64,000 nucleotides of DNA from Candidatus Obscuribacterales bacterium (GTDB lineage: Bacteria > Cyanobacteriota > Vampirovibrionia > Obscuribacterales > Obscuribacteraceae), in contig CBDDIJ010000003.1 of assembly GCA_965228855.1 (NCBI GenBank), positions 2,016,001-2,080,000 on the forward strand, in the 5' to 3' direction. Below, in pieces: positions 28,789 through 38,100 of this stretch (its first letter is position 1; each line of letters begins with the position of its first letter). The notes beneath the pieces are model-generated. The model saw only the letters and a list, made by a program, of their open reading frames with translations. It was not told where the DNA came from and did no database searches. Made by a program: the position numbers and the translations under genes.

Positions 28789-28988
28789 GCGGTACTCTCG
28801 ATAGTCAACTGAATGGAACTCACGCAGTTGTGTAACGATCTTATTGAAGTTTCACTTTCATCGGGCAAATCTTTAGCATTTTCTTTTTACTGCGCTTCCC
28901 CTCTGCCATCTGGTAGTGTTTCGAGCCTTATTGTCAAGCGCGATCCTTAAACGCAGGCGAGGCTGTAAAGCTTGCTCCCGCGTTCGGT

Positions 28989-30470
28989 ATGATAGGAGAC
29001 GTGACGAGCTCAATTTTGTGCCGAATGAATCAAAACGCCGACCTCCTGCGAAAATTGAAAACAATCGTCGGCGACGATTACGTTTTAACAGACAAAGAGG
29101 ATCTGATCGTCTACGAGTGCGATGCAGAAACTCTGGACACTGCCCTGCCGGACATAGTTGTCCTTCCTGCGACAACTGAACAGGTCCGCGACGTCATTCT
29201 CGTGGCACGTGAGTATGGAATCTCGATAACTCCGAGAGGAGCGGGCACTGGTCTGTCCGGAGGTGCCACCACCATATCCGGTGGCATAAGTTTGGTCCTC
29301 TCGCGCATGACGAAAATCCTTTCTGTCGATCCGACAGATTCCGTCGCCGTTGTGCAAGTAGGCGCGACAAATTTGTCGGTTTCACAAGCGGCACTACCAT
29401 ATGGCCTGTACTTTGCGCCGGATCCATCCAGCCAAATTGCCTCCACGATTGGTGGCAATGTCGCCGAGAACGCGGGTGGCCCCCATTGCCTCAAATATGG
29501 CATGACCACTGCCCATGTCTTAGGACTGAAGTTTGTAATGATGGACGGTTCCATAGTCAAAATCGGCGGCAAAACACGCGACCTTCTTTCACTGGATTTA
29601 CTCGGAGCAATCGTCGGTTCTGAAGGAACGCTTGGTGTCGCGACCGAAGCCACTCTGCGTTTAATTCCGCGAGCCCAAGCGGTCGAGACGATGCTCGCCT
29701 ATTTCGAGACGGTTGAGTCATGTGGACAGGCGGTATCGGATATAGTGGCAGAGGGAATTATTCCAGCGGCCATGGAGATGATCGACAATTTGACTTTGAA
29801 CGCGGTTGAAGATTACTTGCATATGGGTCTCAATCGAGAAGCCGCGGCGCTGCTCATTGTCGAGTTAGACGGACCGGAAATCGGTATAGCGGTTCATCGA
29901 AAAATTTGCGAAGAGGTTGTTCAGAAAAACCGTTCAATAGGATTGACCTGGGCAACTGACGATGTTCACCGAACCAAAATCTGGAAAGCAAGAAAGGTTT
30001 CATTCGGCGCGCTTGGACGGATTCGACCGAACGGCTATGTGCTCGACGGCGTGATACCACGTTCGAAACTGGCCCAGGCAATCAAGCAAATTCACGAAAT
30101 CGGTTTAAAACATCAATTGATAGTCGCCAACGTATACCATGCCGGCGACGGCAACCTGCATCCCTGCATTCTCTACCATCGTGACAATCACGAGGAAGTC
30201 AACCGCGTGGTGGCAGCCGGGCGTGAGATTCTGGAACTTTGCGTCGAACTCGGCGGTACGCTCTCCGGCGAACACGGAATCGGTGTAGAAAAAATGCTGG
30301 AGATGCCTCTAGTTTTCAACGAAGCCGATCTTCTGGCGATGCGATGGCTCAAAGAATCTTTCGACCCGGACGAACTCGCCAATCCAGCAAAGATGATTCC
30401 GACACCACGCGCCTGCGGAGAATCAGGAAGACCGCTCTCGCGCCACCAGATGATGTCATCCACCTGCTAG
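28989..30470 (+). CDS. glcD: FAD-linked glycolate/D-lactate oxidase subunit (start may be 29001 or 29025)
   Basis: PRGAGTGLSGG, APDPSS, GGNVAENAGGPHCLKYG, GSEGTLG, HAGDGNLHP, SGEHGIG. Confidence 0.9.
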   Translation: MIGDVTSSILCRMNQNADLLRKLKTIVGDDYVLTDKEDLIVYECDAETLDTALPDIVVLPATTEQVRDVILVAREYGISITPRGAGTGLSGGATTISGGISLVLSRMTKILSVDPTDSVAVVQVGATNLSVSQAALPYGLYFAPDPSSQIASTIGGNVAENAGGPHCLKYGMTTAHVLGLKFVMMDGSIVKIGGKTRDLLSLDLLGAIVGSEGTLGVATEATLRLIPRAQAVETMLAYFETVESCGQAVSDIVAEGIIPAAMEMIDNLTLNAVEDYLHMGLNREAAALLIVELDGPEIGIAVHRKICEEVVQKNRSIGLTWATDDVHRTKIWKARKVSFGALGRIRPNGYVLDGVIPRSKLAQAIKQIHEIGLKHQLIVANVYHAGDGNLHPCILYHRDNHEEVNRVVAAGREILELCVELGGTLSGEHGIGVEKMLEMPLVFNEADLLAMRWLKESFDPDELANPAKMIPTPRACGESGRPLSRHQMMSSTC

Positions 30471-30675
30471 GTGAGACGCCCTCCTTAGCGTCGCGTCACT
30501 TCACAGGTGAATTCGGCTAAGAGCTCTGCACACAAAGCTTTCGGGTAATTTCACACTTGCTTCGATCCTCGAAAGCCAGCAAAATCGTTCCCTTAATAGG
30601 GGATCCAATCCTAAGGGGTGCAAAAGGCCTGGGACTCGTATAGCGCAAGTTCCGCACTGAGGTAATCCGCGCGAC

Positions 30676-31485
30676 TCAATACATGGGTCGGCGCTGACTG
30701 ATGGTCTCGCGATCGTTTGTTGTGTGTTTAAAACCGTTTACTCCGCAGTTACGAGAGAACGTGCCTGTTTTACAAACAAGTTGCCTGTGAGTTCCGGGAG
30801 GAAATTGCAGAATAGGATTACCGTTCATCTGCTGCAAGACCATCATCAGCATCATGTTGTACTTGATGTCAGGGCTATTCTGAATCAGACGGATATCCTT
30901 GATCTGTCCGTTGGCGGTCACCGTATATGATGCCACGCACGAAAGCGGGCGAGAGACTGCGAATTGCTGCTGGGCGATATTGTCGAATCGTACAAAGATA
31001 GCTTCTGCAACGCGCTTGTGCCACAAATCCCATTGCAGCTGCATCTCTTGCGACATTTCCGGATCCTGGCGGTTCATCGGCGGAAGGATACCTTGATTAC
31101 CGACACTCGCGATCGGAGGAGGTGAGTAGACAGTCCCTTGCGATGGAATACCTTGTTGACCACCGAAGTCACCGCCCTGCTCATTGGCGTTCAAATTGAA
31201 CGGCGGCGGAGGTGGCGGCGGCAACATGGAAGTATTCGTCGTATCGAAAGCACCAGTCGGCGCGTCAAATACTTCTGATGAAGGAGCCGCACCACCGTTA
31301 TTGAACGGGTCGCCGACGGTTTTCTTCGAACGCGTCAAGCTAGCGCCTTTCGACTGCTGCAGATGATCGTCGATGTTGATTTGTCCCTCCAGCGTTTTGG
31401 CGCTGACAGGCTGGACCGAAATCAATGTAATAAGTGCAAATGCAAATGATAGAAGAGAGTTTCGAGTGTATTTCTGTTCAAACAT
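30676..31485 (-). CDS. Secreted protein with Pro/Gly/Gln linker and TonB-C-like domain (paralogue of 31792..32592)
   Basis: Signal peptide, then WDLWHKRVAEAIFVRF, YTVTANGQIKDIRL and PILQFPPG. Confidence 0.7.
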   Translation of the reverse strand: MFEQKYTRNSLLSFAFALITLISVQPVSAKTLEGQINIDDHLQQSKGASLTRSKKTVGDPFNNGGAAPSSEVFDAPTGAFDTTNTSMLPPPPPPPFNLNANEQGGDFGGQQGIPSQGTVYSPPPIASVGNQGILPPMNRQDPEMSQEMQLQWDLWHKRVAEAIFVRFDNIAQQQFAVSRPLSCVASYTVTANGQIKDIRLIQNSPDIKYNMMLMMVLQQMNGNPILQFPPGTHRQLVCKTGTFSRNCGVNGFKHTTNDRETISQRRPMY

Positions 31486-31695
31486 CTAGCGTAGTCTCGT
31501 TGTGAGGGTAGGACTTCCCGCTATTCACTGGGGTGATGGGGACAGACGACTAGCCAGCCAATTCGTCTAAACCCAATCTACTTCCAACTTCGCTAAATTG
31601 CATTCGCATTTTCCCCACTCACGCGGACCGAAACGGCGTAATTACCGCATATATCGCCGCAGTCGAAGCCTTTGTGAAACGTGGCTCCGGCAGCA

Positions 31696-31770
31696 AGCAG
31701 ATGAGCAGGCAGGCACACACGCGAGCCTGCAGGCACACGCAGGCAGGCTGCGGCACGCAACTATGCCGCC
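31696..31770. repeat. Low-complexity GCAGGC(A/ACAC) repeats forming adjacent hairpins downstream of 31792..32592
   Basis: GCAGGC occurs several times. Stems AGCCTGC...GCAGGCT and GCGGCA...TGCCGC. Confidence 0.45.
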
Positions 31771-31791
31771 ACTCAAACAGTCAAGCAAGAA

Positions 31792-32592
31792 CTACTTGTT
31801 GGGAACCGTTTCCTGGTCGCCGGTCGTGAACTTGAAGCCCTGCACTCCATAGTTACGCGAGAACGTTCCGGTTTTCTCAACGAATTGGCGTCTAGAGCCA
31901 GGAGGAAACTCAAGAATCGGATTTCCGTTCATCGATTTGAGAACCATAAGCAGCATCGAGTTGAAAACGATATTGTTGCTCTTCTGGAGCAAGCGCACGT
32001 TTGTGATCTGCTTGTCGCGCGTGACCGTGTAAGCGGCATGACAGGCGATTGGTCGGCTGTTTGCGAAGGCACGCTGCGCTACTCCATCGAAGCGCACAAA
32101 AATCGCTTCTGCAACGCGTCGATGCCATAACTCCCACTGAACCTGCATCTGCTGGGAGCTGTCCGGGTCATTTGCCTGCCCCTGCTGCATAGGCGGCAAC
32201 ATACCTTGATTGCCCATATTAGCTTGCTGACCGCCCTGCGATGGCTGTCCCTGTCCGTAACCACCCATATCGGATGCCTGCAATCCGAATGTCGGTGGGG
32301 GCGCAGGCGGCGCCTGTTGAGTACTGCTGAACGCCGCGTCATCCGCGTCGAACTGGTCTGACGGCGGCGCGTCATTGGAGAAAGGATCGCCTGACTGCTT
32401 TACGAAATCACGATTAAGACTGGGACCGCTAGATGGTTTTATATAGTTCCCCACATCAACGCCGCCATGCAAAGTCTTGCTTGCACCCTGGGCGTGCGCC
32501 GCGGGCTGACTCACCACGAGCGGTGCCAGGAGCACCATTGTCGAACCGAGTTGTGAAAGTTTCCGGCGGTAATAGGTAAATCGAAACATCAC
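31792..32592 (-). CDS. Secreted protein with Pro/Gly/Gln linker and TonB-C-like domain (paralogue of 30676..31485)
   Basis: ...AAHA signal end, then WELWHRRVAEAIFVRF, YTVTRDKQITNVRL and PILEFPPG. Confidence 0.7.
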   Translation of the reverse strand: MMFRFTYYRRKLSQLGSTMVLLAPLVVSQPAAHAQGASKTLHGGVDVGNYIKPSSGPSLNRDFVKQSGDPFSNDAPPSDQFDADDAAFSSTQQAPPAPPPTFGLQASDMGGYGQGQPSQGGQQANMGNQGMLPPMQQGQANDPDSSQQMQVQWELWHRRVAEAIFVRFDGVAQRAFANSRPIACHAAYTVTRDKQITNVRLLQKSNNIVFNSMLLMVLKSMNGNPILEFPPGSRRQFVEKTGTFSRNYGVQGFKFTTGDQETVPNK

Positions 32593-32747
32593 AATTATTC
32601 TCTAGTAGTAAATTGGAAGCAGTTTGCAGCTATTATCGATTAACGAAGAGGGAAGGTCGAGCTTGCTTGTCAGGAGAACCCCTCTTATCTTAATGTACTC
32701 AAATTTCACAAAAAGTCTATTCGCTCCTTCTCTAAATACCGCAAATC

Positions 32748-33563
32748 ATGAGCTCTAAATCAAAAGAAGTAACCTTACCGCGTTCTGCCGCCGGCATAAT
32801 CGACAGCCACGCTCATGTGGTGCGTGAATTTTTCCAGGAGGAGCAGACCGAAGTGATCAAACGTGCGTTTGATAGCGGTTTAAATCACATGGTTAACCCG
32901 GGCGTGACCATCAACGACCTCGAAGAGTTGCTGGAGATTAAATCGAAACACGAAAACATCTCCATTGCCGTCGGTCAGCATCCCCATGACGCCAAGGACT
33001 TCACCAGTGATATGAGAGACCGGTTGCAGGATGCGCTCGAAAAACACGATCTCGTAGCCGTGGGCGAATGCGGCTTGGATTATTACTACAACAACAGCGA
33101 GCGTGATGCACAGATCAATTGCTTCCGCGAACAAATTCGGCTTGCCAGAAAGTACGAAAAGCCTGTTATCGTCCATTGCCGAGATGCCTGGGATGAGGCT
33201 TTCCAGTGTCTCACCGAAGAAGGAAAAGGTGAGGTGCGGGGTGTTTTTCATTGTTTTACGGGCGGTCCTGAGCTCTTACCTGCGATTGAAAAACTCGGTT
33301 TTTACGTTTCATTCTCGGGTATCCTCACATTTGGCAGCGCCAAAAACATTCAAGAAGCAGCACCGCTAGTGGCGGCGGATCGGATACTTGTTGAAACAGA
33401 CTGTCCGTTTCTGGCACCACAGAAAGTCAGAGGTAAACGTAACGAGCCCTCCTACGTCTGGTTCGTCGCGGAGAAACTCGCAGAGTTACGCGGCACCACT
33501 CTGGACGATGTCGCACAGCAAGCATCGAACAACGCGCGCGCCTTGTTCAATCTACCTGGTTGA
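32748..33563 (+). CDS. tatD: TatD-family DNase
   Basis: DSHAH, GQHPH, VGECGLDYY, VHCRDA, VFHCF, ETDCPFL, RNEP. Confidence 0.94.
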   Translation: MSSKSKEVTLPRSAAGIIDSHAHVVREFFQEEQTEVIKRAFDSGLNHMVNPGVTINDLEELLEIKSKHENISIAVGQHPHDAKDFTSDMRDRLQDALEKHDLVAVGECGLDYYYNNSERDAQINCFREQIRLARKYEKPVIVHCRDAWDEAFQCLTEEGKGEVRGVFHCFTGGPELLPAIEKLGFYVSFSGILTFGSAKNIQEAAPLVAADRILVETDCPFLAPQKVRGKRNEPSYVWFVAEKLAELRGTTLDDVAQQASNNARALFNLPG

Positions 33564-33568
33564 CTCAA

Positions 33569-35092
33569 TTATTTCTTGCCTTTCGGTTTTACTTTTCGAA
33601 TCAAAGCATTTGCTTCTTTCTTGCGCTTCGAAGTGCTGTCAATTAATTCGAGGAGTTCGACCGCTTCATCATTGTTGTTGGACTTCAGTTTGTTTTGAGC
33701 CAGCCGGAAATACGACTCGTTCAGCAATTCGCTGTTTTCTTTAGATAGCTGGCCCTTGCCTTTAAGCGTTTCAAAAACTTGAATGCTGCCCTCGAAATTA
33801 CCTCTGTCCATGAGCTTTTTGGCAGTACTGGCGTCTGCGACGCTAACTGACATTTTCAATAAAGAAAAGACGGAGATAATCAAAACGCCCGCGAATAAAC
33901 CAACTTGCAATTGACGGAAACGGCCTTTCCGTTTCTTCTTAGAACCGACACTTGCAATTTCAGCGGTAGTTTTTGTCCAATCAACGCCGCTGGCAAGATC
34001 CATTGGAATGATAGCGGGCTCCGGTTTTCGCCCGGGTTGCAAAACTTGAGCACTGGCATCAAACGGAATCCAATCGTCGACCGGCGTATCCTCTGCTTGC
34101 TTTGGCCGACGCCTTACAGTGCAGGCAGATTCGATATCGTTCCACAACTCTTCTGCCGTTTGTTGCCGATCTTTTGGATCTTTGGAAAGTGCCTTGACCA
34201 CAACCGCGCTGAGCGCTGGAGGGAAAGCGTAGTCGGGTAACACTGCCCCTATGGATGGTGCTTCTTTGTTTACATGCATCAGCATTAACGCCATGAGATC
34301 GTTAGCGGAAAAGGGGCGTTGACCGGTGAATGTCTCAAATATGACGACACCCAGAGAATAAATGTCAGACCTGTAGTCGATCTCACCGCCCTTGCACTGC
34401 TCGGGGCTCATGTAGGCTGGGCTTCCACAAACTTTTCCTTCCAACGTGAGAGATGCCGACGAACCGCCACTTTCGCTCCACATTTTGGCAACGCCGAAAT
34501 CTACAACTCGAACGCTGTTTCTCTTGATCAACTCCGGTGCATCTTTTGGCAAACGCGTATCGACAAGCTGGCAGACGATATTGTCCGGCTTCAAATCTCG
34601 ATGAATGACCCTGAATCTATGCGCTTCAGCCATACCAGCACATACTTGCTCGATGAGCGGCAAAGCTTCCTTCACAGTCAAATGACCGCGCTGCCGAAGT
34701 ATTTCGGTAAGTGTTATGCCATCGAGAAATTCGGTGACGATGTACGGTTGTCCATCCGGCATTACGCCGAAGTCGTAGAGTTTGACGATGTTTGTATGAT
34801 GCAAACTGCTGACCGCTTTTGCTTCACGAAAAAAACGTTTAACCGACTCCTCTTTGGAGCCGAGAAACTGGTGCAGCATTTTGACAGCCATCTCCCGGCC
34901 GGTCGATTCTTGAATCGCGCGGTAAACCACAGCCATAGAGCCTTTTCCTGCGTGTGACAAGATTCGATATTTGTCACCGACTAATTGACCTATGAGCGGA
35001 TCATCGCCTACGACGATAAGCTGCGTGCCATCGTTAGGACAACTATCGTGGTCCTCGGTAAAGTGAATATTGCACTCTACGCATAGCTTCAT
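33569..35092 (-). CDS. Membrane Hanks Ser/Thr kinase: Zn-ribbon-like N-terminus, TM, TPR-like C-terminus
   Basis: CVEC...CPND, GKGSMA, AVK, HRDLKPDN, DFG, SPEQ, TM GLFAGVLIISVFSLL. Confidence 0.9.
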   Translation of the reverse strand: MKLCVECNIHFTEDHDSCPNDGTQLIVVGDDPLIGQLVGDKYRILSHAGKGSMAVVYRAIQESTGREMAVKMLHQFLGSKEESVKRFFREAKAVSSLHHTNIVKLYDFGVMPDGQPYIVTEFLDGITLTEILRQRGHLTVKEALPLIEQVCAGMAEAHRFRVIHRDLKPDNIVCQLVDTRLPKDAPELIKRNSVRVVDFGVAKMWSESGGSSASLTLEGKVCGSPAYMSPEQCKGGEIDYRSDIYSLGVVIFETFTGQRPFSANDLMALMLMHVNKEAPSIGAVLPDYAFPPALSAVVVKALSKDPKDRQQTAEELWNDIESACTVRRRPKQAEDTPVDDWIPFDASAQVLQPGRKPEPAIIPMDLASGVDWTKTTAEIASVGSKKKRKGRFRQLQVGLFAGVLIISVFSLLKMSVSVADASTAKKLMDRGNFEGSIQVFETLKGKGQLSKENSELLNESYFRLAQNKLKSNNNDEAVELLELIDSTSKRKKEANALIRKVKPKGKK

Positions 35093-35119
35093 GTGGGCTG
35101 TCAGGCTTCTCCGTGAGAT

Positions 35120-38100
35120 TTATCGGCGTCTACGCTTGGATGTCGACGATTTTTTCCCGCCCTTTTGATACTGCTTGATCAACTTCTGCGCTTCCGCGTA
35201 GTGCGAAGACTCAGGTGGTATCAATTTGAGCTTTTCTAGAGCCTCGTTTGTCGCGCCATTGTTCTTCATATATTTTGCGATGCCGAGGTAGATCACGTCT
35301 AGCTTTTCAGACAATTCCGCCGGTAAACCATTTGCATCCTCTTCCGCTTCGAGCAATTTGCTCGCATCGTTGAGCTTGCCTTTGGCCATCAAATCATTAA
35401 CTTGGGAAAGAAGTTTTTCGCTGCTATCTTCAGCCTTCTGGCTGGTAGCCATGCCGGACATCATGCCATTCACCATGGACATCAAAGTGTCTTTGAACAT
35501 GAAACCGGCGCCGGCAAGAGCTATAACCGCAACGACCGCCAGAATCGGACCGACGGGCACTCGCGGCCCTGAACGGCGCGAACGCGAAGTTTTCTTACGG
35601 CGCTGCTCGGCTTCAGCCATCGAGGCCAGTCTATTTGAGTTGACCTTCTCCAATTCGCTGGCCGAGAAATCAGAACCACTCTGAGTCGGTTTTGCCGCCA
35701 TCGGCTGTGACGGCGGTGGTTGATAGTCGGCGCCGTATTGATGGCGCATTGCCGCCTCTTCCATGATGCGATTGACCACGTCCCGACGGTTGACTGAATC
35801 TCCTATGACCGACGGGTCCGGCGCCGGCGCGGGCGGCAACTCCACATTCTGCCGACCGGTCGTTTGAGCTTCCAATTTGCGATTCAGCTCAGCGATACGT
35901 GCATTGACAGCGTCCTGGCTGTAGCTGCTGTTAGTGCCGGTGCCGCCTGTCCGTCCCGCTCCGGCTCCGAAAGCTGCACCACCGCCGGTGCCGGAACCAA
36001 AGCCACTGCCACCACCACCGAAACCACCAAATGGTTGAGGTTCTTCGATTGCGTCAGCAGATTTCTGAGTCGCTAACTTTCTTGAAATCTTTGCCTGGGG
36101 CTTATTAACCCTGGCAGCCATTTTGTCGATTTCGCTCATCGAGCCGGATTCATTCGGCTTACTGGGAGCCTTACTGGCAGCTTCCAGCAGACGAGACAAT
36201 GCGTCGGATGTGGAAGTGGAAGGATTCTGGGGCATTGCACCGGATACGACGCTACCAGAGAGGTCAGATCCGAAGGATGAGGGAGAGTCGTCCTCGTCAT
36301 CTTCGCTCAATGCAGCAGCAAGTCTGGCCGCTGCCCCCATTTTCTCCTCTTTATCCTTTTCGCTCGAAGCAGGCTCGTCATCGGCGGTTGCCGGTTTCAC
36401 ACCCGGAGTACCGAGCAGATCGTCATCCGCTTCAAAAGGATTCTTCATCTCCGCAGGCTTTTTGATAATGCCTTTATCCGGAGGTTCCGGCAGCAAGTCT
36501 TCAAGCGCCTGTTGAATAGCCTCTTTCGGAAGGGTGTTCTCTCGCCCCTCTTCCTCTTCGGACGGCTCCGGCTCTGCTATTTCCAGTTCTTCATCGTCAT
36601 CTTTGACGGCAGCTAATAACTGTCCGAATGCGGAACTGCTCTTGTCTTTCTTTTCAGTCAACGAGCTAACCGACGCTGAAGAAGCTACCGCATCTGCAAA
36701 AGCGTTGGCGGTTCCCGCATCTTCTTCAGGTTCGGGCTCATCCTCGTCTTCCGCTGCGATTGCGCCCAACAGTCCAGCCAGACCTGTCGGCTTGACGGGT
36801 GCGTCCTCGTCGTCATCACGTCTTTTCGGCTTATCGTCCGCTTTGACCGAGTCAGATTTCCCAGAGAAATCAGTTTTTCCGGAGAAGTCAGACTTTTCTG
36901 ACTCAGTTATCTCGGAAGCTTCTTTGTTTGCCTTTCCTGAGAAATCAGTCTCCAATGCAGATCCGGATTTAGAGAAATCCGGTCGGTCCGCCTTTTCAGC
37001 TTCGAATCCACCGGAGCGCTCTTTCTCTGTTGCATCCATGAGCGCAAGGAGTGAGTCCCCAAGTTCTTCAGCCTCAGCTGCACTCTTGGCGGCGAGCGCA
37101 TTCTCCAGAGCGACCGCGTCGTAATCGTCCTTATCTTTGCTGAAGTCCAATCCGTTCGTGACGATCTCGTCGCCGCCGAGAAGAGCACCGAGACCGGTCC
37201 GACTTGATGTCGGTTCCTTTTTCGTTTCTTTTTCAGCTGTTTTTAGTTCCGGTTTTTTCTCTTCTACCGGCTCAGAAAATACTTGCGGTTCCTCGTCCAG
37301 AAAATCTTCGTACAACTGATCCTGAATCGAAGGAATAGTTGTGGAACTGTCACCAAACTCCGCCCTCAAATCGTCGGCGATCGCACGTCCGAGTGCGCCA
37401 TCATTTCCGGGAGGACTGGGGTTCATAAACGGTGGCATCTGGCCTGGTCCAGGCGGCATGCCCGGAGGCACCATGCCTGGTGGCATTCCTTGTGGTGGCA
37501 TCCCTGGTGGCATTTGCATTCCGGGGGGCATACCCTGTGGTGGCATCATCGGCATACCAGGTGCAGGCATACCATATTGATATGGCTGTCCTGGCGGCAT
37601 TCCGTAACCAGGCATCTGGTAGGAGCCGGAAACATCGCCGCCCGGTGGTGGATAATTCGGCATCAGCGGATAAGCACCGGACACTTCTTGATTCGGAGGC
37701 ATCGGATAACCCGGCGGTGGATAGCCCGGAGGCTGCATATAAGGATGCATCATGCCAGGTGGGTATGACATCGACTGGTCATATGGCGGCATCATCGGCT
37801 GTCCTGGCATTGAGGGCAATGCACCGGGCGGCCAGCTTTGATTCATACCAGGATATCCGGGCTGCGCCGGAGGCACTCCCTGCGGTGTCACTCCGACCGG
37901 CCAGGCACCACCGCCTGCAGCCGGGTGAAGAGGCTCACCGGAGTCAAGATTGATCGGAGCAACGCTTCCGGTTTTTAACGCTTCGATCTCACCTTCCCAA
38001 TCCAGATTGGAGATCTTGCGCTCCGGAATGTCACCAAGATTGCCGTCGAGAGAATCGCTGCTGTCGGCCCAGGTCGCACCCGCGCGCGCCAGAGCCGGTG

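Noticed and set aside
30471..30675. Possible ncRNA between convergent genes
   Set aside because: Only weak stems, with no tRNA, SRP, tmRNA or 6S signature.
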